From: Spirochaetia bacterium
Lineage (GTDB): Bacteria; Spirochaetota; Spirochaetia; SZUA-6; Bin103
Assembly: GCA_965208575.1 (NCBI GenBank)
Contig: CBDBOV010000006.1
Location: 1,472,001 to 1,536,000, forward strand
Reading direction: 5' to 3'
DNA: 64,000 nucleotides
The notes under the pieces are model-generated. The model made no database searches, was not told the DNA's origin, and worked only from the letters and a program-made list of their open reading frames with translations. The stretch's first letter is position 1; each line of letters starts with the position of its first letter. The translations under genes and the position numbers were made by a program. This document shows, piece after piece, positions 27,782-37,537 of the stretch.

Positions 27782-30700
27782 TTGGGGCCATCTTCCGACA
27801 TACGGCGCATTCGGCTGGGCATGGGACTTACGCAGGACCAATTCGCAGAGCGGCTTGGAGTAACCGTGCTCACGGTGCACCGCTGGGAAGCGGGCAAGTC
27901 ACGGCCGCAGCGAATCGCGCGGGAGCGCCTGCGCGAGTTGGAGCAGGTGATGGCGAGGCAGGTTGCCAGCGAGCCGTCGGAGACGGGGGCGCCGCTTCCG
28001 CGCACAGCGGAGCAGCTCGACTTTGCCGGCAACCCCGATTCGGTGGCCGCGGTCGCGGAAGCGTGGCGGTTGGCCTACGGCCACCAGTTCAACCCGGCCT
28101 TCGCCAGCGAGACGGCGCGGATCGATGCCCTGCCGCATCAGCGCACAGCGGTGTATGAGCGGATGTTGCGGCAGGAGCCGTTGCGCTTCCTGCTGGCCGA
28201 CGACGCCGGTGCCGGGAAGACGATAATGACCGGCCTCTACGTCCGCGAGATGCTGTCCCGTGGCCGTCTGCGGCGCGTGCTCATCGTCCCGCCGGCCGGC
28301 TTGGTTGGCAACTGGGAACGCGAATTGCGCACCCTGTTTCGCCTGCACTTCCGCATCGCCGTCGGTACCGAAAACCCGTTTCGAGGGCCACAGGCCGACT
28401 TGGTAATCGTGTCGCTGGACACCCTGACCGGCGAGCGGACGTTCGCCGCGCTGCGCGACGCCAGCGTCGCTCCCTACGACCTCGTGGTGTTCGACGAGGC
28501 GCACAAGCTGAGCGCCACCACCGAGAATCACCGCGTCCGCAAGCGTCGCCGCTACGAGTTGGCGGAAGCCCTCGCCTGCGGCCTTGCCGACGGCCGGTTC
28601 TCTGGCCTCGGCTGGGCGGCGCGCCACTTGCTGCTGCTGACCGCCACCCCGCACATGGGTAAGGACTCGCCCTATTACCATCTTTGGCGACTGCTCGACC
28701 CGCGGGTGTTTTCGACCGGCGAAGCGGTGCGCCGCTTTCCCCTCCAACGTCGGCATCGCCACTTCATCCGGCGCACGAAGGAAGAGATGGTCGACCTGAA
28801 CGGTGGTCCGCTGTACCGGAAACGCACCTGCGCTACGTTCAGCTACGACTTGAGTAGCGGGCCGGAGGGGGAGCAGGCGCTCTACGACCTTACTACCGAA
28901 TATCTGCGCCGCACATACGGGCGCGCTCTGAGCAACCGCCCCGCGGTCCAGCTCGCGATGAGCGTGTTCCAACGGCGGCTCGCCAGTTCGACCTGGGCGC
29001 TGCTGCGGTCGTTCGAACGCCGGATCGACAAACTCGAGCAGAGCGTTGCCGACCTTGAGTCAGGGAAGATCAGCGTGCGCGAGTTGCAGCGCCGCCAGCG
29101 CGGCCTCGATCGCGAGACTCGAGACGACTTCTTCGATACTCATAGTGCCGACGAAGATGCCCGCAGCGACGGACTCGGTGAGCGGAACGAGGACTATGAG
29201 GACGCCGTACTCGGAGCGATGACCGCGGTGTCCGTAGAGGAAATCCGGGAGGAGATCGACCAACTCCGCGCCCTGAGCGACCGCGCGCGGCGGCTACTCG
29301 ACCGGGGCGACGAGTCCAAGTTCGAGAAACTGCGCGAGGTGCTGGAAGGCCCGCACTACGGCAGCGAGAAGTGGCTGATCTTCAGTGAGCACCGCGACAC
29401 GGTCGACTACCTCATCCGACGTCTGGAGGGTCTTGGCTTTTCGGGCCGGATCGCTCAGATCCACGGCGCGATGACTTGGCCCGAACGCGAGCGGCAGGTG
29501 GCGCGCTTTCGCCGCCCGGACGGCGCGCGCTACCTGGTGGCCACTGACGCCGCCGGCGAGGGCATTAACCTGCAGTTCTGCCGGCTGATGGCGAACTACG
29601 ACATACCGTGGAATCCGGCTCGACTGGAACAGCGCATGGGACGCATTCACCGCTACGGACAGCAACATGACGTGCGGATTGTCAACCTCCTCGCAGGCGA
29701 CACTCGCGAGGGCCGGGTCCTGCGAATCCTGCTGGACAAGCTCGACGCGATCCGGCGGGAACTGGAATCTGACAAGGTGTTCGACGTCATCGGGCGGTTG
29801 TTCGACAACGTGCCGCTCCGGAAATACATGATTGAAGCGCTGACCGACGCGCGCGGGGTAGCCGGCAGGATCGAGAGAACACTCACCAGCGAGCGGGTGC
29901 GCGATATCGGCAACCAGGAGCGGTGCGTCTATGGTGCACCGGATGCGGCTGTCGGCGGCGCGAGCGCGCTCCGCGAGGAGTTGGATCGCGAGCGCTATCT
30001 CCGACTGTTGCCCGGCTACGTAAGGCGCTTTGTTGCACAGGCTGCCGGACTGCTCGACCTTGCGATCGACGGCGACCTCGACGGGTTCTTTTCTCTCGTT
30101 CCCCGCCGGCTGGGCGCGCTCGATTCCCTGCTGCCCGCTCTCGAGGGTTATTCGCCTGCGGCGCGCCGGCGACTGTGCGTGCGCCGCCCCGAAGCCGACG
30201 CTCCGTGCGTCTGGCTGCACCCGGGCGAGCCTATGTTCGACGCGCTGTCCGATCTGATCCGCAAGACTTTCGGCCGCGACGCCGATCGCGGTGCGATCTT
30301 CATCGACCCGAGGGCTGATGCACCTTACTTCTTCCACCTCGTCCTGGTGTCGGTGGAGCAAGAGTTCCAGGAGGAGGGCGGGCGTCAGATCCTCGAACGC
30401 CGCCTCTTGGGACTGCGCCACGGCGCGGATGGGTCGCTCGTCGAGTTTCCCGTTGAGCCGCTGCTCCTGCTGCGTGGCGCCCCCACCTTGCCACCCGGGG
30501 CGGTCCCTTTGGCTGCTCGCGGCGTGGTTATGAGGGCGGAAGCAGCGCGTTTCGCCGAGCGGGAGGTTCTTGAGCGCTTCGTAGAGGACCGTCGGTCGGC
30601 GGCGGTCTCCGAGCTACCCGAACGCCGCCGCAGTACAAGCGTCGGCTTCTCGCTTCGCGCCGCGGACTTGGCCGCACGCAGAGTGCAACTTGCTAACCGC

Positions 30701-31294
30701 CGCGCCGGAGTCGTGGACGATGACGGACTTGCCGAGATCAAGCGGGAACAGCGAGCCCTCTCCACCGAAAAGGAACGTGCCCTCGCGCGGCTTGATACCG
30801 CCGCCGAGCGGATTGTAGCCGGCGGCGTCCGTTTCCTGGCCCACGCCCTCGCGGTACCAGCCGGCGACTCGGAAGAGATCGAGCGCTACGATGAGAGGGT
30901 GGAGGAGATCGCCGTGCGCATCGCGATAGCGTGGGAGCGGGAGCGCGGCGGTCAGACAACGGACGTTTCGAAGCCAGAGCGCGCTCGGCTGGCGGGTCTG
31001 TCCGACTGGCCGGGCTTCGACGTAATCTCGCTGTACCCTGGAGGGGGAGTGCGAAACATAGAGGTCAAGGGACGCGCCGGAACGAGCGCGATTCAGATGG
31101 AGGCGAACGAATGGAAGCAAGCGTGCCACCTCGGCGAACGATACTGGCTCTACGTGGTCTTCGACTGCGCCACGCCGAGCCCGCGCCTGGTGCGGGTACG
31201 CGACCCGTTCGCCAAACTGCTCGCCGGAAGCCGAGAGTCGACCGCCTACACCATCAGCGCCAAGTCGTTGTTCGAAGCTGCGGAGCAAGCATGA
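27782..31294 (+). CDS. XRE-HTH + SNF2 helicase + DUF3883-like PD-(D/E)xK nuclease
   Basis: IRRIR..MGLTQDQFAERLGVTVLTVHRWEAGK; RFLLADDAGAGKT, DEAH, TATPH, ATDAAGEGINLQ, EQRMGRIHRYGQ; C-terminal GFDVIS...IEVKG...YWLYVV. Confidence 0.9.
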   Translation: MGPSSDIRRIRLGMGLTQDQFAERLGVTVLTVHRWEAGKSRPQRIARERLRELEQVMARQVASEPSETGAPLPRTAEQLDFAGNPDSVAAVAEAWRLAYGHQFNPAFASETARIDALPHQRTAVYERMLRQEPLRFLLADDAGAGKTIMTGLYVREMLSRGRLRRVLIVPPAGLVGNWERELRTLFRLHFRIAVGTENPFRGPQADLVIVSLDTLTGERTFAALRDASVAPYDLVVFDEAHKLSATTENHRVRKRRRYELAEALACGLADGRFSGLGWAARHLLLLTATPHMGKDSPYYHLWRLLDPRVFSTGEAVRRFPLQRRHRHFIRRTKEEMVDLNGGPLYRKRTCATFSYDLSSGPEGEQALYDLTTEYLRRTYGRALSNRPAVQLAMSVFQRRLASSTWALLRSFERRIDKLEQSVADLESGKISVRELQRRQRGLDRETRDDFFDTHSADEDARSDGLGERNEDYEDAVLGAMTAVSVEEIREEIDQLRALSDRARRLLDRGDESKFEKLREVLEGPHYGSEKWLIFSEHRDTVDYLIRRLEGLGFSGRIAQIHGAMTWPERERQVARFRRPDGARYLVATDAAGEGINLQFCRLMANYDIPWNPARLEQRMGRIHRYGQQHDVRIVNLLAGDTREGRVLRILLDKLDAIRRELESDKVFDVIGRLFDNVPLRKYMIEALTDARGVAGRIERTLTSERVRDIGNQERCVYGAPDAAVGGASALREELDRERYLRLLPGYVRRFVAQAAGLLDLAIDGDLDGFFSLVPRRLGALDSLLPALEGYSPAARRRLCVRRPEADAPCVWLHPGEPMFDALSDLIRKTFGRDADRGAIFIDPRADAPYFFHLVLVSVEQEFQEEGGRQILERRLLGLRHGADGSLVEFPVEPLLLLRGAPTLPPGAVPLAARGVVMRAEAARFAEREVLERFVEDRRSAAVSELPERRRSTSVGFSLRAADLAARRVQLANRRAGVVDDDGLAEIKREQRALSTEKERALARLDTAAERIVAGGVRFLAHALAVPAGDSEEIERYDERVEEIAVRIAIAWERERGGQTTDVSKPERARLAGLSDWPGFDVISLYPGGGVRNIEVKGRAGTSAIQMEANEWKQACHLGERYWLYVVFDCATPSPRLVRVRDPFAKLLAGSRESTAYTISAKSLFEAAEQA

Positions 31295-31405
31295 GGTAGA
31301 GGCAATGGGAGTAACCCACGTCGATGCAACCATCGACAATCTCGCTGCGCTAGGGAGCGCACCGAAAGTACTGATGCCAATGACTCATGGCAGCAGAGGA
31401 GGCAT

Positions 31406-32314
31406 GTGTTGCCGATAATTGATCTGTTCTCCAAACGCCAGAACAGAGCTCGCGGAAGAGTGCCCGATGTATACACATACGATGAGCTGCCTGATTCGCT
31501 CAGGGTACAGGTTGTCCATATCTGGCGTGATGTGCTCGGAGATGAGCGGGATTACGCGATTGATCCTGAAGTAACGGAGTGGTACAATTACATTGCTGGG
31601 AGCCTTTGCCGAGAGTACGGCGTCTTTCAGTTACCAAGCAAATCATACTCTCGTACTCGTTTCGAAGAGCTTGTCAATTTTCTGCTCCAAGAGTCAGGTG
31701 TGGAACGCGTCATTGATGTCATTGAGTTGTCTTTTCGGGTTATTTCGCATCGTCACCACGGAAATCAGGCGGCTCAAGGAGCTGTCAATGAGTTGAACGA
31801 GAGATTCAGGGAGCATGGTGTAGGGTATCAATTTGCAAACGACAAGGTCATTCGTGTAGACTCGGAATTTGTTCACTCCGCCGTAGTTAAGCCTGCACTC
31901 CAGCTACTTCGTCAGAAGCGCTATGCTGGCGCACAGGAAGAGTTCATGAGTGCGCACCGGCACTACCGGAAGGGAGACACTAAGGAGGCGCTGAATGAGT
32001 GCTTGAAGGCGCTCGAAAGCGTGATGAAAGCAGTTTGCGATATGAATGGATGGCGCTACCCCAGCGGCGCTTCTGCAAAGATACTCATCGACGTATGTTT
32101 CAAGAACGGATTGATATCGCCGTTTTGGCAGAGCCACTATTCGTCGCTCCGAGGCCTCCTTGAGAGTAGTGTACCGACGATGAGAAACAAGCTGAGCGGT
32201 CATGGTCAAGGGGTGAAACCGGTGGCGGTGCCGACCCACATTGCTGCTTATGCACTGCATATGACGGCATCGACCATCGTGTTTCTGGCTGAGGCGGAGT
32301 CACAGTTACAGTGA
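31406..32314 (+). CDS. AbiJ-N-like + HEPN-like abortive-infection protein (STM4504/CBY_0614-like)
   Basis: FSKRQ..RG..PDVY.YD.LP..LRVQ..HIW; C-terminal RNKLSGHGQG (R-N-x4-H); visibly lower GC than its neighbours. Confidence 0.72.
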   Translation: MLPIIDLFSKRQNRARGRVPDVYTYDELPDSLRVQVVHIWRDVLGDERDYAIDPEVTEWYNYIAGSLCREYGVFQLPSKSYSRTRFEELVNFLLQESGVERVIDVIELSFRVISHRHHGNQAAQGAVNELNERFREHGVGYQFANDKVIRVDSEFVHSAVVKPALQLLRQKRYAGAQEEFMSAHRHYRKGDTKEALNECLKALESVMKAVCDMNGWRYPSGASAKILIDVCFKNGLISPFWQSHYSSLRGLLESSVPTMRNKLSGHGQGVKPVAVPTHIAAYALHMTASTIVFLAEAESQLQ

Positions 32315-32378
32315 TTCATCTAAGCCGCCCGTGTGTCGGTGGAGGCTCGGCAGCGCTGTTGTTTGGACGAACGTGGGC

Positions 32379-35300
32379 ATGTCTGCAAGCCGTCTGATCG
32401 AGGCTGGGTTTCCGGTACGGCAGGTGTCGCTGGATTCGGTGCACGAGAAGAACGTGCGGCATGGTCACCTGTCGACGCTGCACATCTGGCCGGCGCGGCG
32501 TCCGTTGGCGGCGAGCCGAGCGGCGTTGCTGGCCACGCTGTTGCCCGATCCGGATAGGCGGGAGGCGCGTCTTGCCTTGCTGGAACGGATGGCGGGGCAC
32601 GTGGTGAGCGTGCCGAGCGCTGCCGGTGATCGGATGCGGGAAGAGACGCGCGGCGGCATCTTGCACTGGGGTCGCGACGACGAGGGTGAGCTTACGCGGT
32701 TACGTAGCGAGGTCAGGCAGGCGTTCGGTGGACGGACGCCGCGGGTGCTCGATCCGTTTGCCGGCGGCGGCGCGATCCCGCTGGAGGCGATGCGACTCGG
32801 CTGCGAGGCGGTGGCGGCAGACCTCAACCCGGTGGCGTGGTTCATCCTCCGTTGCACCCTGCACTATCCGCGGTTGCTGGCTGGCGATACGCGGCCGCTG
32901 CCGGCGTTCGCCCTGGAGGAGCGGGAGTTCCTCGAAGCATTTCTGAAGGCACAGGGTGTGACGAGTGCCGTCACGCTCCGCGAGGAGTTGGCCCGGCATG
33001 GACACGGTGACGGCGAGGCGGTGCAGGTGGCGCCGCTCCCCCTGGAGGTGGCGCCGGTCGAGCGCGCGGACTTCGCGTGGCATCTGCGGGCGTGGGGGCG
33101 ACGGGTGCTGGCCGCGGCGAGGGCCGGACTGGCGGCGCGCTACCCGACGTACGCAGAGTTCGAGCCGGTGCGCCGCAAGGGTCGGGGCCGCACCGCACCG
33201 CGGATCGTGGTGCGCTTCCGGCCGCGGCCGCCGACGCTGCTCCAACCCGACACGGAGGGTCGGGTATCGGTGGCGGCACTCAACGCGGAGTTCGATTCGC
33301 TCTATCTGGAAGAGGAGGCGAACCCGCGCTGGGTAGCAAAGCCGGCAGTGGCGTACCTGTGGGCACGGACGGTCCGGTGCGGAGACTGCCGGGTGGAGAT
33401 TCCACTGCTCAAGACGTGCTGGCTGTGCAGGAAAAAGAAAAAACGAGTGCTGCTTACGCTGGTACCCCGGGAGGACGGAGGGGGCGTCGACCTCGGTATC
33501 GAGCAGGACGTCCCCGAAGGCGCAGGAAGCGCGGCGCAGAAGCGCGAGCACGACCGCAAGCTCGGTGCGGGTACCATGAGTGCGAGCGGTGCCACCTGTG
33601 CGTGCTGCGGCGCGATTGCAACGACAAGGGACATTCGCACGGAGGGCCGCGCCGGACGACTCGGCGTGCGCATGACCGCCGTTATCGTCGAGGGGCAGCA
33701 GGGCAAGGAGTACCGCCTGCCGACCGAGGTAGAGATACAAGCCGCACAGGTGACAGACGACGAACTCGGGAGGCTGTATGAGGAGATTCCGTTCGGACTC
33801 CCGGAGGAGCCGATCAGTCCAGATCGGCCATCGCCCAACTCGCGCGGCGCATCAGGTCTGCCGCGCTACGGATTCGACACCTGGAGGCAGGTGTTCACGA
33901 ATCGACAGTTGCTGACCCTTGGTACGTTGATTCGAGAGATTCGGGGCAGCCTCGACCACATGGACGCATACCCGGAGGTGTGGCGTGAAGCGCTGACGGC
34001 GTATCTCGCGCCGACGATCAGCCGGCTGGCCGATCGCGGCAGCGCTCTGGCGACTTGGACTAACGGCCCGGAGCAAGTCAGGAACGCCTTTGCCCGCTTT
34101 GCGCTGCCTATGGTATGGGACTTCGCCGAGTCTTGTCCCTTGGCAGACACCACCGGGGGCTTCATTCAAGCCGTGGAGTGGATCGCCCGCGTCTTCGAGC
34201 ATACGGCAGCGGCCACCGCCGGCGCTCCCAGCGCGTGCGTCGGACAGGCGTCGGCCACTGCGCCCCGCTCCGGCCAATTCGACGTGATCTGCACCGATCC
34301 GCCCTACTACGACGCCATTCCCTATTCCGATCTGATGGACTTCTTCCACGTCTGGTTACGGCGCACGCTGCACGGGTTGGCACCCGAGACCGACGCAGCG
34401 TTCTCGGAACCACTCGGCCCGAAGTGGGATGCTGACAGGAACGACGGCGAGTTGGTCGATCAGCCGAGCCGGTTCGACGCCAACGGCGCAAAGTCCAGAA
34501 GGGTCTATGAAGACGGCATGCTGCGTGCGTTTCGCAATTGCGGCAGCGCGTTGCGGGATGACGGCCGAATGGTGGTGGTGTTCGCCAACAAGCAGCCCGA
34601 GGCGTGGGAGACTCTGGTGTCGGCGCTGATTCAGGCTGGGTTCGTAGTCGCTGCCTCGTGGCCGATTCAGACCGAGCGGGCAAGTAGGGTGGCCGGCGGC
34701 GCGAGACTCTCCGCCTCCATCTGGCTGGTTTGCCGGAAGCGTCCAGTGGCGGCGCGGCACGGCTGGGACGGGAAGGTACTGGCCGAGATGCGGGAGAACG
34801 TGAGCGAGCGACTCCGCGACTTCTGGGACGCCGGGATCCGTGGGCCCGACTTCGTTTGGGCCGCGACCGGTCCGGCATTGGAAGCGTTCAGCCGCCATCC
34901 GGTGGTTCGCAAAGCGGACCACGAGGGCGGGCGCCTGACCGTCGCCGAGTTTCTGCGCCACGTGCGGCGCATGGTCGTTGGCTTCGTAGTGAGTCGCCTG
35001 CTACAGCGCGCCGGCGCAACGACCGGCGAGCTGGACGACCCGACGACCTACTACCTGCTGCACCGTAACGACTTTGGCCTTGGCGGGGCACCCGCGGGGG
35101 CTTGCATCCTCTACGCGCTGTCGTGCAACCTGTCAGACGCCGACCTCGCCGGCCGCCTCGATCTGCTGGTGCGCGGGAGGCGCGCACCAAGCGCGGAGGA
35201 TGACGATGCCGAGGAAGACGGCTCAACGTCGGGCGGCGAAGTGCGGCTCAAGCCGTGGCACCAGCGGCGTACGCGCGCCCTTGGAGAACCTGACGCGGAC

Positions 35301-35564
35301 GGAGCTGCGGCACCGCTCATCGATCGTGTTCACAAACTGATGCAGCTCTGGAAGACCGGCAAGCGGAGCCGCGTGGACAGCTACATCGAGGGACAGGGGC
35401 TCTGGCACCATGAACTGTTCGCGCGTGTCGTGCAGGCACTGATCGAACTGGCCGACGGCGGCTCGGACGAGCGCGCCACCATCGAGTCGATTCAGAATCA
35501 CGTGCGTACCCACGGCGGCACCCGGACGCCGCGACAGATGAACTTGGCAATGGATGGGGAGTGA
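32379..35564 (+). CDS. DUF1156-domain DNA adenine methyltransferase
   Basis: RLIE..FP...VS..S..EK..R.GH.STLHIWPARRPLAASRA, DPFAGGGAIPLE, Zn-ribbon CxxC, TDPPYYDAIPYSDL. Confidence 0.9.
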   Translation: MSASRLIEAGFPVRQVSLDSVHEKNVRHGHLSTLHIWPARRPLAASRAALLATLLPDPDRREARLALLERMAGHVVSVPSAAGDRMREETRGGILHWGRDDEGELTRLRSEVRQAFGGRTPRVLDPFAGGGAIPLEAMRLGCEAVAADLNPVAWFILRCTLHYPRLLAGDTRPLPAFALEEREFLEAFLKAQGVTSAVTLREELARHGHGDGEAVQVAPLPLEVAPVERADFAWHLRAWGRRVLAAARAGLAARYPTYAEFEPVRRKGRGRTAPRIVVRFRPRPPTLLQPDTEGRVSVAALNAEFDSLYLEEEANPRWVAKPAVAYLWARTVRCGDCRVEIPLLKTCWLCRKKKKRVLLTLVPREDGGGVDLGIEQDVPEGAGSAAQKREHDRKLGAGTMSASGATCACCGAIATTRDIRTEGRAGRLGVRMTAVIVEGQQGKEYRLPTEVEIQAAQVTDDELGRLYEEIPFGLPEEPISPDRPSPNSRGASGLPRYGFDTWRQVFTNRQLLTLGTLIREIRGSLDHMDAYPEVWREALTAYLAPTISRLADRGSALATWTNGPEQVRNAFARFALPMVWDFAESCPLADTTGGFIQAVEWIARVFEHTAAATAGAPSACVGQASATAPRSGQFDVICTDPPYYDAIPYSDLMDFFHVWLRRTLHGLAPETDAAFSEPLGPKWDADRNDGELVDQPSRFDANGAKSRRVYEDGMLRAFRNCGSALRDDGRMVVVFANKQPEAWETLVSALIQAGFVVAASWPIQTERASRVAGGARLSASIWLVCRKRPVAARHGWDGKVLAEMRENVSERLRDFWDAGIRGPDFVWAATGPALEAFSRHPVVRKADHEGGRLTVAEFLRHVRRMVVGFVVSRLLQRAGATTGELDDPTTYYLLHRNDFGLGGAPAGACILYALSCNLSDADLAGRLDLLVRGRRAPSAEDDDAEEDGSTSGGEVRLKPWHQRRTRALGEPDADGAAAPLIDRVHKLMQLWKTGKRSRVDSYIEGQGLWHHELFARVVQALIELADGGSDERATIESIQNHVRTHGGTRTPRQMNLAMDGE

Positions 35565-35633
35565 CGATCCGAGGGATGAGTGTTTCGCTACGGGACATCC
35601 TGATCGCGTTTACGTGATAAGGTAGGGACCGCC

Positions 35634-36893
35634 ATGATTCGTCGTATCCAGTCTGTCGGCTATCGCTGTTTGCGCTACGCGGACGTGTGCCTGGACCGCT
35701 TTCACGTACTGGTCGGTCCTAACGCGAGTGGCAAGAGTACCCTGTTCGATGTCGTCGCGTTCCTGGCCGACCTCGTCGGGGATGGACTCGATGCCGCCAT
35801 AGAACGCCGCACGCGCAACTTTCGGGACTTGCTATGGGGCAGGCCCAATCAAGAGTGGGGGTTCGAATTGGCGGTGGAGTTCGATTTGCCGCAGGAAGTG
35901 AGGGAGAGCCTTCCTCCTTCTTATGGCTTTCGGGTATTTCGTTACGAGGTCGCGATCAGTGAAGGCGAGCAGGGAGTGTTCATCGATTTGGAACGCGGCA
36001 TTCTAATGCCTGACCGAGAGTTGCAAGCTCACGCGAGGTCTTCGTTTCCAGATCCGCCCACAGATCGTGATACCATTTTGACCGGACGACCCCGTGGAAT
36101 TCGCACGGTACTGAGCAAGCACAGGGATAGGGACCGCTTCAACATCGAAGTAGCGGAGCGATCGGGAACGGCGTGGGCTACGAGCGTGTCATTTGGCGAT
36201 CGTCGTTCTACGTTGGGCAACCTGCCGGAGTCATCGCAACAGTTCCCAGCCGCTACCCACGTGAAACAGATTCTAGATGGACGGATCAAGTCGCTGTTTC
36301 TGGACAGCGCCAAGATGCGGCAGGCAAGTCCCCCGGAGTTGCGTCGTGCCGGCTTCTCGCATGACGGCTCCAATCTCCCCTGGGTGATTGCGCGGCTCCA
36401 GAACGATCACAGGAGTGATTACGGCGAGTGGCTGACACACCTGCAGACGATCCTAACCGACTTGGATGACATTAGAGTCGTCGTACGCCCAGATGACCGA
36501 CATGCATATCTCATGCTCTTGTACAAGACCGGTGTACAGGTGCCGTCATGGATGACGTCGGATGGGACTTTGCGGTTCCTGGCGCTTACTCTCCTTGCCT
36601 ATCTCCCGAGAAGGGATGAAGTGTACCTGTTGGAGGAACCGGAGAACGGAGTACATCCGCTGGCACTCGATGCGGTCTACGACTCGCTTGCTTCAGTACA
36701 CGCTTCGCAAGTACTGGTGGCGACCCACTCCCCCACATTCCTGAGACTGGCTGACCCGGAAGAGGTGCTTTGTTTTGCCAAGGACGACGAAGGCGCGACG
36801 GATATCATTCGAGGGGCCGACCATCCTCATCTGAGGAAGTGGCACGGCGCCGCCGACATGAATCTGCTGTTCGCGACCGGAGTAATCGGATGA
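35634..36893 (+). CDS. ABC-type ATPase (MAD3-like)
   Basis: LVGPNASGKS, SDGTLR, LLEEPENGVHP, ATHSP. Confidence 0.85.
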   Translation: MIRRIQSVGYRCLRYADVCLDRFHVLVGPNASGKSTLFDVVAFLADLVGDGLDAAIERRTRNFRDLLWGRPNQEWGFELAVEFDLPQEVRESLPPSYGFRVFRYEVAISEGEQGVFIDLERGILMPDRELQAHARSSFPDPPTDRDTILTGRPRGIRTVLSKHRDRDRFNIEVAERSGTAWATSVSFGDRRSTLGNLPESSQQFPAATHVKQILDGRIKSLFLDSAKMRQASPPELRRAGFSHDGSNLPWVIARLQNDHRSDYGEWLTHLQTILTDLDDIRVVVRPDDRHAYLMLLYKTGVQVPSWMTSDGTLRFLALTLLAYLPRRDEVYLLEEPENGVHPLALDAVYDSLASVHASQVLVATHSPTFLRLADPEEVLCFAKDDEGATDIIRGADHPHLRKWHGAADMNLLFATGVIG

Positions 36894-37537
36894 GCGACAA
36901 GCCCCGCCCCATGGATCTCATGGTGCTGGTTGCGGATCTCGATATCGAACAAGCCGTGAGAGGCCTTCTTTCGCGGCCACACCACATCAAGGTCAAGACC
37001 CTGACCTTCGAAGTGAGACGGCACCCGAACCGGGACGCCGGATGCAGAACCCAAGCTGCTGCCTATCTGCGGCCGTTCTTCGCGCGCTATCGGCGCGCCC
37101 TGGTCGTATTCGATCTTCATGGATCGGGAAGCAAGTCATCACGAGAGGACACGCAACATGCCGTTGAACATCAACTCAGAACGAACGGGTGGGGGGAACG
37201 TTCGAAGGCAATCGTAATTGAACCGGAACTGGAAGCGTGGGTCTGGACTCGCTCGCCCTACGTGTCTCGTGCGATGGGGTGGGAATCGCGCTACGACCAG
37301 CTTCGCGCGTGGTTAGAGGCCGAGGGACTCTGGCCGTCCGATCTCCCGAAACCACCCGATCCGAAACGGGCGATGCAACGAGCGATGGCTCAGGCGGGGT
37401 TGCGAAAGCGCGTGAGGCGTTCAGCAGCCAAGTTCCATGACCTCGGGCGCGGATTGGATACGGAGCGCTGCAAAGACCCTGCGTTCGGCGAGATGCGAGC
37501 GACTCTTCAAGCTTGGTTCCCGGCGGCGCAGCGATGA
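36890..37537 (+). CDS. TOPRIM-like partner protein (MAD4-like)
   Basis: DL.VLVAD.D.EQA..GLL.R, RHPNRDAGC, VVFD..G.G, IEPELEAWVW, KP.DPK, C.DPAF; ATGA overlaps on both sides. Confidence 0.7.
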   Translation: MSDKPRPMDLMVLVADLDIEQAVRGLLSRPHHIKVKTLTFEVRRHPNRDAGCRTQAAAYLRPFFARYRRALVVFDLHGSGSKSSREDTQHAVEHQLRTNGWGERSKAIVIEPELEAWVWTRSPYVSRAMGWESRYDQLRAWLEAEGLWPSDLPKPPDPKRAMQRAMAQAGLRKRVRRSAAKFHDLGRGLDTERCKDPAFGEMRATLQAWFPAAQR

